This document shows, in pieces, positions 54,354 to 64,000 of a stretch of 64,000 nt of DNA (within the stretch, counting starts at the first letter, position 1; each line of letters begins with the position of its first letter). The translations under genes and the position numbers were made by a program. The DNA is taken from the IMG/VR virus record IMGVR_UViG_3300010883_024574, positions 1-64,000 of that record; one strand, written 5' to 3'. The notes under the pieces were generated by a model. The model ran no database searches. It was not told the DNA's origin and saw only the letters and a program-made list of their open reading frames with translations. Source of the stretch: a virus.

Positions 54354-54568
54354 CATTTAAGAATAAGGTTATAAATCTTATTTTAGATCGAATATCAGAA
54401 ACCAATAAAGATATAAGATATCTGGAAGATCAATCTAAGAAATATTCTGTTGCTCCAGGCTCCAACGGTGTCTATACTGGTATGGTAGGACGCCGCGAGG
54501 CCCTGCAGGACTTGTTGTCTGAAATAAGGAGCATTAATGAAAACGAGCGAAATAATAGAGATATTTGA
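54350..54568 (+). CDS. hypothetical protein
   Basis: ATGA overlap. Confidence 0.65.
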   Translation: MTFKNKVINLILDRISETNKDIRYLEDQSKKYSVAPGSNGVYTGMVGRREALQDLLSEIRSINENERNNRDI

Positions 54569-55628
54569 GCCAAAGAAGGAAGAAAAACTCTTTGGACTGC
54601 TTAAGTCGTTTGGAATAAAGGCCGACTCTGTTAAGTTAGAGGAGAAGAGGTTTTTTGATATATATGACGTGAAGCTCGCCAGTGGCGTAAGGTCTTCAAG
54701 GCTCGATAGGGTTTTGGTCGATATAGGGATGGCTATGTCGTCTCATGCTCATCCTAGTGGATTCCCAATTATGAAGGATGGGATCTACAGACTAGAGATG
54801 CAAAGAGAGGAGATAAGGTCGCCTACTTTTCAACAGGTTTATAATTCTTTTCCAAAAAGTTATTACGCACCTGTCGCCTTAGGAGTAGACTCTCTTGGGG
54901 AGTTTGTGTCTATAGATCTAAATGTCTTGCCAAACCTTTTGGTCGGAGGAACAACAGGCTCTGGGAAGAGCGTGCTTCTTCATAGCTTTGTTTTGTCCCT
55001 GATAGGTTCAGACGCATTACTGTACCTGATAGACCCTAAGATGGTAGAGTTCGGGGTTTATGCTGGCTTCTCCTCTGTTAAGTCAATAGTTAATTCAGCA
55101 GATGACGCAGAGCTTCTTATAGAAGAGGTCAGAACAATCATGGAGGCAAGATTTTCTCAGCTGCAAAAACATGGATGCAGAAATGCTGTTGAATATAACA
55201 AAAGAGTTACATCAAAAAGCAGGATGCGCCCGGTTGTAATAATTGTAGATGAATGGGCGGACATAGTGTTACAGAACAAAGAGGTTCAGAAATCCTTATG
55301 TTTGGTTGCCCAAAAAGGGCGAGCTGCAGGTGTATCGATAATATTGGCAACACAAAGACCTTCTTGCAGAGTAATATCTGGCCTAGTTAAGGCTAACTTC
55401 TCTGGAAGAATTGCGTTAAAAGTTGCGTCTGCAGTTGATAGTAGAGTTATTCTAGATCAACGTGGAGCAGAGAAGATAACAGATGTTGGGACGGGCTTGT
55501 ATTTGGACGGGACATTGTCGAAACCAAAGCTGTTTCGAGCGCCATATATAGGCGACATTCAAAGAGAATTAAATATTATAAAACCAATAGCTAAAAAGAG
55601 ATCATTTTGGAATAGGCTGTTATCTTGA
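54537..55628 (+). CDS. FtsK/SpoIIIE-family ATPase, motor domain only
   Basis: GGTTGSGKS, IDPKMVE, VDEWAD, AQKGRAAG, LATQRP, DSRVILD..GAE. Confidence 0.93.
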   Translation: MKTSEIIEIFEPKKEEKLFGLLKSFGIKADSVKLEEKRFFDIYDVKLASGVRSSRLDRVLVDIGMAMSSHAHPSGFPIMKDGIYRLEMQREEIRSPTFQQVYNSFPKSYYAPVALGVDSLGEFVSIDLNVLPNLLVGGTTGSGKSVLLHSFVLSLIGSDALLYLIDPKMVEFGVYAGFSSVKSIVNSADDAELLIEEVRTIMEARFSQLQKHGCRNAVEYNKRVTSKSRMRPVVIIVDEWADIVLQNKEVQKSLCLVAQKGRAAGVSIILATQRPSCRVISGLVKANFSGRIALKVASAVDSRVILDQRGAEKITDVGTGLYLDGTLSKPKLFRAPYIGDIQRELNIIKPIAKKRSFWNRLLS

Positions 55629-56164
55629 TTAGATATTCAAAAGAAGAGATTGTAAAAACTGTAACAATAACCACCCTAGCTGATAAGTTTTCAATATCTT
55701 TAGAGCAAATAAGCAGTGGTAATTTTACACACAGATGTAGATGCCCCTCTAGGGAGCATAAGAATGGCTCTGAAAGAACCGGGTCTTTGTATATTGATGA
55801 TGTGAATAATAATTTTTATTGTTTTGGGTGCGGCGCTTCCAATAATGTTATTGACTTTTATATCCTAAGTAAAGGCGTGGATTTCTCTACGGCAATATAT
55901 GATCTATCAGAATTTGTTGATCCAACTAAAATTGGCAAAATTACGAAGCATAGAAAGTCTGTAAATTTTCCACAGCTTTTACAAATCTCTACTTGTTTTA
56001 GAGATGCTCAAAAGCAACACCCTGATGACATAAAGTGGATAGAAGGACTTATGAGTAAAGCAGATGAGTATATAGATGAGACTGATAGACACGATGTAAA
56101 TAAAGCTAAAGCACTTCTTAAGAAAATAAGAGGAGCTATATATAGGAGGTATTTAGACAAATGA
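55625..56164 (+). CDS. CHC2 zinc-finger (primase zinc-binding) domain protein
   Basis: CP...H....E.T.S.......FYCFGCG...VIDF; no TOPRIM domain follows. Confidence 0.85.
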   Translation: MIRYSKEEIVKTVTITTLADKFSISLEQISSGNFTHRCRCPSREHKNGSERTGSLYIDDVNNNFYCFGCGASNNVIDFYILSKGVDFSTAIYDLSEFVDPTKIGKITKHRKSVNFPQLLQISTCFRDAQKQHPDDIKWIEGLMSKADEYIDETDRHDVNKAKALLKKIRGAIYRRYLDK

Positions 56165-57330
56165 GAATAATTGTTTGTGGAGATACACATTTTGGTGCTG
56201 TTTTTGGGTTAGGAAGGTCTAATGGTAATGGTGGAAACACCAGGATCGATGATTATGAAAAAACCTTTAACTACATAATTGACCATGCGATAGATACAAA
56301 GGCAGATATTTTTGTTCAAACGGGGGATATCTTTGAGTATAGGGATCCAAGTATTGATCATATGAGGATTGTAGATAAGGCGCTCAAAAGATTGTCAAAT
56401 GCAAATATAGCAACCTTTGTTATAATGGGCAATCATGATTACAAAAAGAGTGGATCGAGCTTTACAAGCTCTATAACATCTCTTTCTGCTATAGAATACC
56501 CCAATGTTAGAATGCTGCTTGAGCCAGAGTTGGTACATATTTGTAATGCGAAAAACGAAAAAGTTAACCTTCTTCTTGCTCCCTATCGGGACAGGAAGAT
56601 GTATGACGGAGCAACCTCTGCAGAGCAGTCTAAAGGTTATGACTCCCACATGAGAGAGCTGATAGAGTCATCCTCGAACAAGGATCCTATTTTGGCAATT
56701 GGACATAACTTTTTTTATGAAGGAAGCTATACAGATTATGGCGGCTCAGAGATTATGGCTAGCCCATCAGCCTTTGAAGGCTGTGATATAGCTATGATGG
56801 GGCACTTGCATCAGTTTAGGGTTCTGCGCAAGCATGCGCCTGTATGCGTGTATACAGGCTCTATGGAGCGAACAAACTTTGGAGATGCAAATACAGATAA
56901 ATATTTTGTTGATTATAACATAACAAATAAGAAGGCGAAATTTTGCAAAATACCAACCAGAGATTTACTAGATGAGTCGGTCAACCTTTCGGGGATAGGC
57001 TTCTCAGATGTAACTGACTCTTTGGGCTCAATCCTGAAGGGGTTTGATCTAAAGAATAAGATTGTAAGGCTAAAGATCTTAATAGATGAAAAGGTTCTTC
57101 CCGCCATAGACAAGGCCTCGATTGAATCGGACTTGTACAGCATGGGGGCTTTTCATGTTTCAAGAATTTCTATAGAAGCTATAACAAAGAGGCTTGTCCG
57201 AGATAGTTCTATACTAAATAACAAGGATGACTTTTCAATGTTTAAAGCATTTGTTGAATATCAGGACATGGAAAGTGAGTATAAAAAAGCCTTATTAAAA
57301 GAGGCTAAAATAATAATGGGAGAAACATGA
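56161..57330 (+). CDS. sbcD: SbcD/Mre11 (gp47-like) nuclease subunit
   Basis: DTHFG, GDIF, GNHD, GH, MGHLH, YTGS.ER..F. Confidence 0.92.
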   Translation: MRIIVCGDTHFGAVFGLGRSNGNGGNTRIDDYEKTFNYIIDHAIDTKADIFVQTGDIFEYRDPSIDHMRIVDKALKRLSNANIATFVIMGNHDYKKSGSSFTSSITSLSAIEYPNVRMLLEPELVHICNAKNEKVNLLLAPYRDRKMYDGATSAEQSKGYDSHMRELIESSSNKDPILAIGHNFFYEGSYTDYGGSEIMASPSAFEGCDIAMMGHLHQFRVLRKHAPVCVYTGSMERTNFGDANTDKYFVDYNITNKKAKFCKIPTRDLLDESVNLSGIGFSDVTDSLGSILKGFDLKNKIVRLKILIDEKVLPAIDKASIESDLYSMGAFHVSRISIEAITKRLVRDSSILNNKDDFSMFKAFVEYQDMESEYKKALLKEAKIIMGET

Positions 57331-59432
57331 TACCAACTAAGCTTAAGATGAATAATTTCTTTTCTCATAAGGATAGTGAAGTAGATTTTTCAAAGTTTGA
57401 TTCAGCCCTCCTTATAGGAAATACAGAAGGCGATTACAGAAAGTCAAATGGTTCTGGTAAGAGCGCAATCTTTGAAGGCATTTTGTGGTGCTTATTTAAC
57501 AGATCTAGAGTTGCTATGATGGATGATATAATAAGATGGGGAGAGGCCACTTGCGCTGTTGAGCTAGAGTTTAACCATGGAGACTCAGTTTATATGGTCA
57601 AAAGAACTCGCAACAGAATCAACTCAACATCAGTGGTTGAATTTTTCGCTTTAGACAAAGCCGGTGACTGGCAGGATATATCTTGCTCTACCTCTGGAGA
57701 TACAAACGAAAAGATAGAATCAACTATAAAGTTAGATAATAAAACTTTTATAAATTCAGTTTATTTTAGGCAGAATGATATATCTGAGTTTGCAGAGTCA
57801 GAGCCGTCTAAGAAAAAAGAAATACTAAAATCCATAGTAGACATATCTCGCTGGGACGATTATGAGAAGTCATCCAAGAAAAAGGCTAGAGATTTAAATA
57901 TGGAATGTAAAATTTTAAAGAAATCTGTAGAAGAGTATGACTCTGTAGTTGAAAGGTTGAGCGAGGCGAAGGTTGACATAAAAGAGTCTAGACTTAAATC
58001 AAGAGCCCTTGTTTCGCAGAAAGAAACTTTATTTACTCAGATAGATTCTTTGAATAAAAAATATATAGTTATAAAAAAGTCATTAGATACAGATGCATAT
58101 GATAAAGTTATTGATCAAATAAAGTTATTAAAGAAGGATAAGGCAGGGTGCGAAGAGAAGATAAAGCTATCCTCAGAAGCTATAGACGAACATAAGGAGG
58201 AGAAGGATAAGATAGGCAAAAAGATTGAGTCATTTGTTCATAAGATTAAAGACAGAGAGACAATAGAGGTTCCAGATGGAAAGACCGAAGATCTTAGGAC
58301 ACAGCTTATGCACTTTAAATCAACAAAGGCTTCTTCAGAAGAGTTGTCTGAAACTTTAAAGGGAATGAACATCTCTTCTGATGAATGCTATATTTGTAAT
58401 CAATCAATTGATAATAAACTCTTTAAAAGATTAAAGGGTGAGCATGATAATAAAGTTGCTTACTATGCCTCCCAAGTAAGTGGTGCAAATAAAGAGGTTT
58501 TATTATTAGAGAAAGAAATAAATAAGTGGATATCTATAAAAAAAGATAATGATGATTTAAGCATTTTTAATTTAAATATTAAATCGTTAACATACAAGTT
58601 AGATTTAATCACATCTTCGACAAAAGAATCAGAAGATTTGCTTGATCAGGCGAAAACTTCCCTTAAAGATGTTGAATTTAAATTAAAAACAAATATAGAT
58701 ATATTAGAATCTATTAAGAATGAAGATTTTCAGTCTTTAAGAAGAAAGATAAAAGGATTTGTAGAAGAGAAGGATGATGTTGTTAGGCGCGTGTCAGAGG
58801 AGGATAAAAGGATCGGAAGATTAATTGAACGAGTATCTCTGTTAGAAGAGCAGGAGACAAAGATGAGAGCTAATAAGAAATCTGTATCTAAAAAGCTCGA
58901 AAAAGCATCCCTATTCGACAAGTTATCGAAAATATTCGGGAAAGGTGGAATACAAACTATTCTTCTGGACAGCGTAATTGAGGATCTTGAAAAATCAGCA
59001 AACAATATTCTCGTATCAATCTGTAATGAACCAGCAGTTATTGTTTTGGAGACCCAAAGGTTGGGAGCTGACGGATCTTCTATTATTGAAACATTAGATC
59101 TGAAGGTTAGAAAAGACGGGCATGTGCAAAACTTCAAATCTCTTAGTGGAGGAGAAAAGTTCAGAATATCATTAGCTCTTAGAATTGCCTTAAGCGATAT
59201 CTCCAGCAGGTACGGCGGGTCGTCTTTAGAATTTTTGCTTATGGACGAAGTAAACTCCCCGTTAGACAGGTTTGGGGTAGAGACATTGTTTGTAAATGTA
59301 ATTAAATCATTAGAAGATAGATATAAGATATTGGTCATCACACATGATGAGTCTTTAAAAGAGAAGTTTGATAATGTAATAAATATTACAAAGATAAACG
59401 GAGAGAGTGAGCTTGAGTTTACTACTAGATAG
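57327..59432 (+). CDS. sbcC: SbcC/Rad50 (gp46-like) ATPase
   Basis: NGSGKS, Q-loop, coiled coil with CYIC hook, LSGGE, LLMDE, ITH. Confidence 0.94.
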   Translation: MIPTKLKMNNFFSHKDSEVDFSKFDSALLIGNTEGDYRKSNGSGKSAIFEGILWCLFNRSRVAMMDDIIRWGEATCAVELEFNHGDSVYMVKRTRNRINSTSVVEFFALDKAGDWQDISCSTSGDTNEKIESTIKLDNKTFINSVYFRQNDISEFAESEPSKKKEILKSIVDISRWDDYEKSSKKKARDLNMECKILKKSVEEYDSVVERLSEAKVDIKESRLKSRALVSQKETLFTQIDSLNKKYIVIKKSLDTDAYDKVIDQIKLLKKDKAGCEEKIKLSSEAIDEHKEEKDKIGKKIESFVHKIKDRETIEVPDGKTEDLRTQLMHFKSTKASSEELSETLKGMNISSDECYICNQSIDNKLFKRLKGEHDNKVAYYASQVSGANKEVLLLEKEINKWISIKKDNDDLSIFNLNIKSLTYKLDLITSSTKESEDLLDQAKTSLKDVEFKLKTNIDILESIKNEDFQSLRRKIKGFVEEKDDVVRRVSEEDKRIGRLIERVSLLEEQETKMRANKKSVSKKLEKASLFDKLSKIFGKGGIQTILLDSVIEDLEKSANNILVSICNEPAVIVLETQRLGADGSSIIETLDLKVRKDGHVQNFKSLSGGEKFRISLALRIALSDISSRYGGSSLEFLLMDEVNSPLDRFGVETLFVNVIKSLEDRYKILVITHDESLKEKFDNVINITKINGESELEFTTR

Positions 59433-59467
59433 TATGCTAATTTTATTAAATAAGCTGCGAGGTAAAT

Positions 59468-60346
59468 ATGATTGTTTTAACTTTAGAGGAAAGCGGAGAA
59501 GAGTATATATCTGGATTTCCAAAATATATAACATTTTCATCCAATAAGCCTTCTACGATTTATTACACATTAGACGGCTCAACCCCTGATGAGGACTCTG
59601 TAATTGCAGTTGGAAATGTATATTTACCAACCAGTGGTTCTTCTGTAACGATCAAGGCAATTGCTATATCCTCTGATGACTCATCCTCTGTCCTTGACGC
59701 AGAATACAGCACAGACTCAACAAACTTAGATAGACCACGACACATCGGGAGCGAAGGTATTGTGTTGGTTCCATATGGCGCAGACATAGTTGACAGTATG
59801 TCTATGAACTTAGATGGGGATGCCACTCAAGAGACTTCTATTGATTTTTCTGATTTAGAGATAAAAGCCTCCAGAGTAGACTCTGGAGGGGTAATGCTAG
59901 ACCCTCAAAAGACATCTGTATCCTTTGTTAACTTTGCTAAAAAAGCGCCTCAAAATACAGAGCCTATTCAGTCAACCCCTAATAATAATTCTGAATTTGA
60001 TCCTTCTGCAAAGTTTATTATAATCGACGGCTCTACCGATGAGGCTTTTGAAAATCAGGTTGTCAAAATAGTTAATCGGCCCTATAATACTTTTGACCCA
60101 GTTAGTAAATTTTATAACGAAAGGCTTGGGGAAAAAGAGCCGATTATAACCGGCAACTATGTGAGAAGTTTCTGGGCTCCAGACAAGGGCTTGTGGATTT
60201 CTTATTATTGGGAAAGCCTGGAGTCTAGGTGGATAAAGTCAGTTCAAAAAATAGACAAGAAGGTTCTAAGCATAGGGTCTAGCGCTACAGGTAATCGCTT
60301 TGTCTTTAGATGGATCCAAGACAGAGCGTTAAGTCAGCTATTTTAA
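59468..60346 (+). CDS. protein with an N-terminal chitobiase/Fn3-associated Ig-like domain, putative virion protein
   Basis: TIYYTLDGSTP...TIKAIA motif. Confidence 0.65.
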   Translation: MIVLTLEESGEEYISGFPKYITFSSNKPSTIYYTLDGSTPDEDSVIAVGNVYLPTSGSSVTIKAIAISSDDSSSVLDAEYSTDSTNLDRPRHIGSEGIVLVPYGADIVDSMSMNLDGDATQETSIDFSDLEIKASRVDSGGVMLDPQKTSVSFVNFAKKAPQNTEPIQSTPNNNSEFDPSAKFIIIDGSTDEAFENQVVKIVNRPYNTFDPVSKFYNERLGEKEPIITGNYVRSFWAPDKGLWISYYWESLESRWIKSVQKIDKKVLSIGSSATGNRFVFRWIQDRALSQLF

Positions 60347-60367
60347 TACCGTCCTAAGGAGTTTGTT

Positions 60368-61132
60368 TTGTTAAAATTATCAGTGTCATCAATGGATACC
60401 TACGCAAAGTGTCCGAAAAAATATCATTATAGGTACATAGAAAAGCCTGATGTTCCCAAGAATAAATGGGGATTTACAGAGTTTGGGTCTTGTGCCCATT
60501 TGGTTTTAGAGCTTTTTCACAAAGAGCTATTATCCAAAAATATTCAAGAAAATCAATATTCAATCTTGATGAAAGAGTGCTTTAAAAAGTCCGTTAAGAA
60601 ATTTGATATTCAATCTTTAGAAGAACCCGTATGGACTCCCAACGGAGATGTGCCGGGGCTTCTTTGTCTGAGGGACATAATGCAAGTCTATTTGGACAAG
60701 ATTAGATCGGATGGCGTGCCGGAAGTTATAGGCGTCGAGCTGCCATTTAACTTTAAAATAAACAAAGATACGTTAGTCAGAGGATTCATAGATCGGGTAG
60801 ATAGGGTGGGTCCAAAAGAATATAGAGTTGTTGATTACAAGACGAGCAAGAATGCAAAATACTTAACAGAGTTTCAGTTGCTTGTATATTCCGAGGCCTT
60901 AAGAAGAGTATATAAGGATGCAGAAATTATTCATGGGTCATATATAATGTTGAAGCATGACTGTAAGTCTTATGACTATACTTTTAGATTAAATGATTTA
61001 GATAATTGTAAAAAATTAATTACTAAAAAAGCAGGCTTTATTGATTCGGACGCAACATGGGTCAAGAAGCCATCAATACTTTGCAGGTGGTGCGACTATA
61101 AACCAATATGCCAAGATGCTTGGGCAGAATAG
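60368..61132 (+). CDS. PD-(D/E)xK RecB/Cas4-like exonuclease with Fe-S cysteines
   Basis: CP at the N-terminus, G.IDRVD, VDYKT, QL..Y, C..C.Y...C. Confidence 0.92.
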   Translation: MLKLSVSSMDTYAKCPKKYHYRYIEKPDVPKNKWGFTEFGSCAHLVLELFHKELLSKNIQENQYSILMKECFKKSVKKFDIQSLEEPVWTPNGDVPGLLCLRDIMQVYLDKIRSDGVPEVIGVELPFNFKINKDTLVRGFIDRVDRVGPKEYRVVDYKTSKNAKYLTEFQLLVYSEALRRVYKDAEIIHGSYIMLKHDCKSYDYTFRLNDLDNCKKLITKKAGFIDSDATWVKKPSILCRWCDYKPICQDAWAE

Positions 61133-61135
61133 GGG

Positions 61136-61948
61136 ATGATAATGAAAGATAATTTTGAAGGCATTGTTAAAATGTATGATGAAGAAGTTTACATAAGTAA
61201 GCAAACGAAAGAGGGATACACCAGGGTTCTTCAGAGGATTGATCCACTCTTATGCAAGTGGGCGTCAAAGACTTATATGCCAGGATATAACTTTGAGGAT
61301 ATAAAGCAGGAACTGTCATTGATAATCATAGAAGGGGTTAATGCTTTTGATCCGAACAAGCAGGTTAAGCTTAGCACCTTCTTGCATACTCACCTTAGAA
61401 ACAAATTAGTTTCAAAAATAAAAAGTGTTAATAAGTTATCAAATGATGCTTATAGCTTATATGAAAAAGTAGAGGCAGAAATTTGTGAGTGCGGAGGGCT
61501 TGTTTCTTTTTCTAAAACAAGATGCCTAGAAACTGATAACCTTATTACGAGATATCGCTGTGAATCATGTGATAAAGAATATAAGCCAAACTATAGAAAA
61601 TCAAGAGAAGAACTTGTCTTTAGTTCTATGCCGAAAAAGGACCCAAGGAGTGGCGAGGAGTATGCTGAGTTTGAACACTGCTTATCAGATTCTGATAACA
61701 TCTATTCTGATAATAGATCGCCATATGAAAGAGTTGACTTAGAACTTGCAATAGAAAAACTAGCAGAAATAATTGATAGTAAGACATATATAATATTAAG
61801 AATGGTGTGCCTTGAGGGTCACTCTATAAAAGATGCCGCGAAAGAGGTTGGTCTCACTGGATGGGCGGCAAGTATGAGGCTTAAGAAGCTTGAAAGATAT
61901 AAAATAATAAATGATTTATTATCTGACTTTATAAATAAAAATGAATGA
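61136..61948 (+). CDS. sigma70-family factor with an inserted Cys4 segment
   Basis: region 2 EDIKQE...FDP...KLSTF; region 4 HTH SIKDAAKEVGLT; CECGG...CESC between them. Confidence 0.8.
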   Translation: MIMKDNFEGIVKMYDEEVYISKQTKEGYTRVLQRIDPLLCKWASKTYMPGYNFEDIKQELSLIIIEGVNAFDPNKQVKLSTFLHTHLRNKLVSKIKSVNKLSNDAYSLYEKVEAEICECGGLVSFSKTRCLETDNLITRYRCESCDKEYKPNYRKSREELVFSSMPKKDPRSGEEYAEFEHCLSDSDNIYSDNRSPYERVDLELAIEKLAEIIDSKTYIILRMVCLEGHSIKDAAKEVGLTGWAASMRLKKLERYKIINDLLSDFINKNE

Positions 61949-63296
61949 TAATTTTTTAAAATATATTAAAAATGAAAAAGATATTTCTAGATATAAAGTT
62001 TCTGTTTTAGAAAAAAGACCTAACAAGAGTTACACTCATAGGCTCATTTCTATTGAGAAAGATTTTTTAGAATACCCCTTTGAGAAACTTGAGTATAAGA
62101 GTATTGAGAATCTTAAAAATGCTGTATCTTTATTTAAAATAGACAGAAGACAGTTTGAAAAAAGGTTTGCTAAAAATATTGTTTCGAAAACAATAACAGT
62201 ATCTAATCAACAAGCTGGGATTTTAAAAAGAAAGATAAAATATTATGAAGATTTATATATACATCTTTTAGATGTTAAAATAAAAGAAGTTAATTTGTTA
62301 CAAGATGATTATATAAAGTCTAAATTAAAAAAGATAAGCCAGAAGGAGATGCCTATAGGTCTAGACACCTTATCTCAGATAGAGGGCGTCCACCTCTCAA
62401 AGAAGAGGGCGAGAATTCAGATCTTAACATATTGTTTATCTAGATTTATTTTTAATGAAATAAAGATTATTAAAAATGGTATTGATTTTGAAAATGTTTC
62501 TTTTGAAGCATATGAGGGTGCAAGAAGATGTTTAGATGATCTCTTTGCAGATGTTAGGTTCAAGCTTTTTAAGCATTATAATGATGGAATAAATGAAGTC
62601 CCCCTTCTAGTAAACGGAACCTTGGGTCATAATAATTTTGTTCATACAGTTTATCCGTTATCAAACTTGATAGACAGGTATCCAGAGGATTATTGCGTCA
62701 AAAGGTTGTTGCAACAAAATAAAAGTTTTTTTAAAAAGAATAATTCTCCAATAAATAAAAAGTTTGTCAAAAGAGGTCTGGGAATAATCACCCCAATGGA
62801 GAGGACTGGTAACGAGTCTATAGAGTTATTGTATTTAGATCTATGGACAAAAAATGGAATATCAATAAGCAACATTATGGAGAAAGAATTTTTTAATTAT
62901 AATTTAAATGGAAAATATTATAAAACAATTTCAACAAAGCCAGTATGGATGCTTAATCAAAATATTGATAATAAATTCTTACTAAGAGAAGTTTTATCTC
63001 TTTTGGAAATTAGCGATCTTTCGCTTACTGATGAGGTTGATTTTTCAAATATAGATGTTTTAAAAAGTATAAACAATATAGATAAAGGAAATATTCTTAT
63101 TTGCCCTGAATCAAGTAAGATTTTTATTTCAACAACTAGATCTGAATCTGAACATATAAAAGAATCTTATAGGTGGATAGAGTTAGTCATAAATAAAATA
63201 AAAAATGATTATAAGGATATTTTTGATCCTATTACTTTAAAAGATAAAGAAAGAGAATATAGGATAAATAAGACTAGGAATAACAAGGAACAATAG
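61941..63296 (+). CDS. hypothetical protein
   Basis: 451-aa ORF overlapping the sigma gene stop. Confidence 0.75.
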   Translation: MNDNFLKYIKNEKDISRYKVSVLEKRPNKSYTHRLISIEKDFLEYPFEKLEYKSIENLKNAVSLFKIDRRQFEKRFAKNIVSKTITVSNQQAGILKRKIKYYEDLYIHLLDVKIKEVNLLQDDYIKSKLKKISQKEMPIGLDTLSQIEGVHLSKKRARIQILTYCLSRFIFNEIKIIKNGIDFENVSFEAYEGARRCLDDLFADVRFKLFKHYNDGINEVPLLVNGTLGHNNFVHTVYPLSNLIDRYPEDYCVKRLLQQNKSFFKKNNSPINKKFVKRGLGIITPMERTGNESIELLYLDLWTKNGISISNIMEKEFFNYNLNGKYYKTISTKPVWMLNQNIDNKFLLREVLSLLEISDLSLTDEVDFSNIDVLKSINNIDKGNILICPESSKIFISTTRSESEHIKESYRWIELVINKIKNDYKDIFDPITLKDKEREYRINKTRNNKEQ

Positions 63297-63300
63297 GTTT

Positions 63301-64000
63301 ATGGACATTAATAAAATTCATGAAATCAAAAAGGGTTTAGGTATAGAGGACGCTCAGTTAGATGACTTTTCTGTCGCGCTGGGGGGTTTGCATTCTAATT
63401 TAAATTCTGCAATAGAGATAGCCTCATCTATACTTAGCGGCAGAGAAGAGAGTCAGTTTGAGGAGAGCTATGAGGATGAAGGCGGCGAAGACCAGGCTCA
63501 ACCCGAATTGGACTTCTCTTTTTACGGGGAATCATTCGATAAAAATGATGATCAGGGCGATGGGCCTGTTGCAGAAGATATTACAGAGAAGACAGACGAA
63601 TCTCGAATTGACGAATTGACGGCCTCTTTGAAAAAAGTATTTGAGTCTGGTGGATTAGTTGCTGTGGACAGAAAGCTTGAAGAGTCAATTGGAGAGTTAA
63701 GGTTAAACCTGGAAAGTCTTAGCCCTTTTCGCGAGAATGTAGAATACTTCGTTAGAGAATATGGCTTTACAGAGTTTATTCAAAGTAAGTTTTTAAACAT
63801 ATCTTCTAGCCTGTCAGGAGAGGAGGCCCCTCCCACAGGAGTGCCTGAAGATGAATCTTTAAATATTCCGCCAGTATCTGGGCCTATAAAGAGAAAGCCG
63901 TTTCGCATTTTAGATAAGCTCAACTTGAGTCAAAATATTTATAATAATATGAATATAGAGCAGGCCTTTTTTGAGGCAGAAAATACTGAATCAACTTACT
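63301..64000 (+). CDS. acidic hypothetical protein, truncated at the window end (MDINKIHEIKKGLG...)
   Basis: ATG at 63301; frame stays open to the end of the sequence. Confidence 0.75.
   Translation, partial: MDINKIHEIKKGLGIEDAQLDDFSVALGGLHSNLNSAIEIASSILSGREESQFEESYEDEGGEDQAQPELDFSFYGESFDKNDDQGDGPVAEDITEKTDESRIDELTASLKKVFESGGLVAVDRKLEESIGELRLNLESLSPFRENVEYFVREYGFTEFIQSKFLNISSSLSGEEAPPTGVPEDESLNIPPVSGPIKRKPFRILDKLNLSQNIYNNMNIEQAFFEAENTESTY

Noticed and set aside
58730-59341. 203-aa - strand ORF, and similar antisense ORFs such as 18388..18840 and 40667..40999
   Set aside because: They lie wholly opposite well-supported genes and show no motifs of their own.
60368-61132. Cas4-like nuclease as a sign of a CRISPR-Cas locus
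   Set aside because: No cas1, cas2 or array is present; solo Cas4/RecB-like nucleases are common in phages.
1-64000. Alternative genetic code (stop-codon reassignment)
   Set aside because: Known genes are full length in the standard code, and TAA, TAG and TGA all end genes at expected positions.
1-64000. Cellular or eukaryotic-virus origin
   Set aside because: Housekeeping genes occur singly without their operons, among many small unknown ORFs and fibre genes. Shine-Dalgarno sites, sigma70 promoters, HU and a sigma factor indicate a bacterial virus. A definitive hallmark such as capsid or terminase is not in this window.

Overview
64 kb of AT-rich, densely packed DNA with almost all genes on the + strand and the standard genetic code. 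It is best read as part of a large (jumbo-type) tailed-phage genome, not a cellular chromosome. It carries many short hypothetical ORFs and isolated host-like genes outside their usual operons: GS type II, AsnB, PurA, GuaB-family, ThyX, dCMP deaminase, IscA, TilS, TrmH, GroEL without GroES, Hsp20, KhpA, HU and an M16 peptidase. Phage-type DNA metabolism genes include a 5'-3' exonuclease, an SbcCD/gp46-47 pair, a Cas4/RecB-like nuclease, an FtsK motor domain, a CHC2 zinc finger and a sigma factor. It also has a MoxR-VWA pair, a tRNA-Leu(UAA) and two large paralogous tail-fibre/adhesin genes. No capsid, terminase or polymerase gene is recognisable in this window, so the phage call is inference from gene content. 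Most notable observations: (1) a double-glycine-leader peptide directly upstream of a ferritin-like diiron enzyme and an IscA/deaminase/SET/AsnB run, a candidate phage RiPP-like system; (2) a ~28-aa helical motif (L-x-x-L-A/S-x-x-L-x-x-x-G...A..I/L) shared by six otherwise unrelated proteins, two copies of which begin at nested in-frame starts with their own RBS, often downstream of a candidate T(A/G)(C/T)TAAT promoter, a possible virion-sorting tag system; (3) a dispersed four-member HEAT/LRV-like paralog family; (4) tRNA-like and tmRNA-like 3' ends at the left edge. All calls come from motif recognition by eye; no searches were run.
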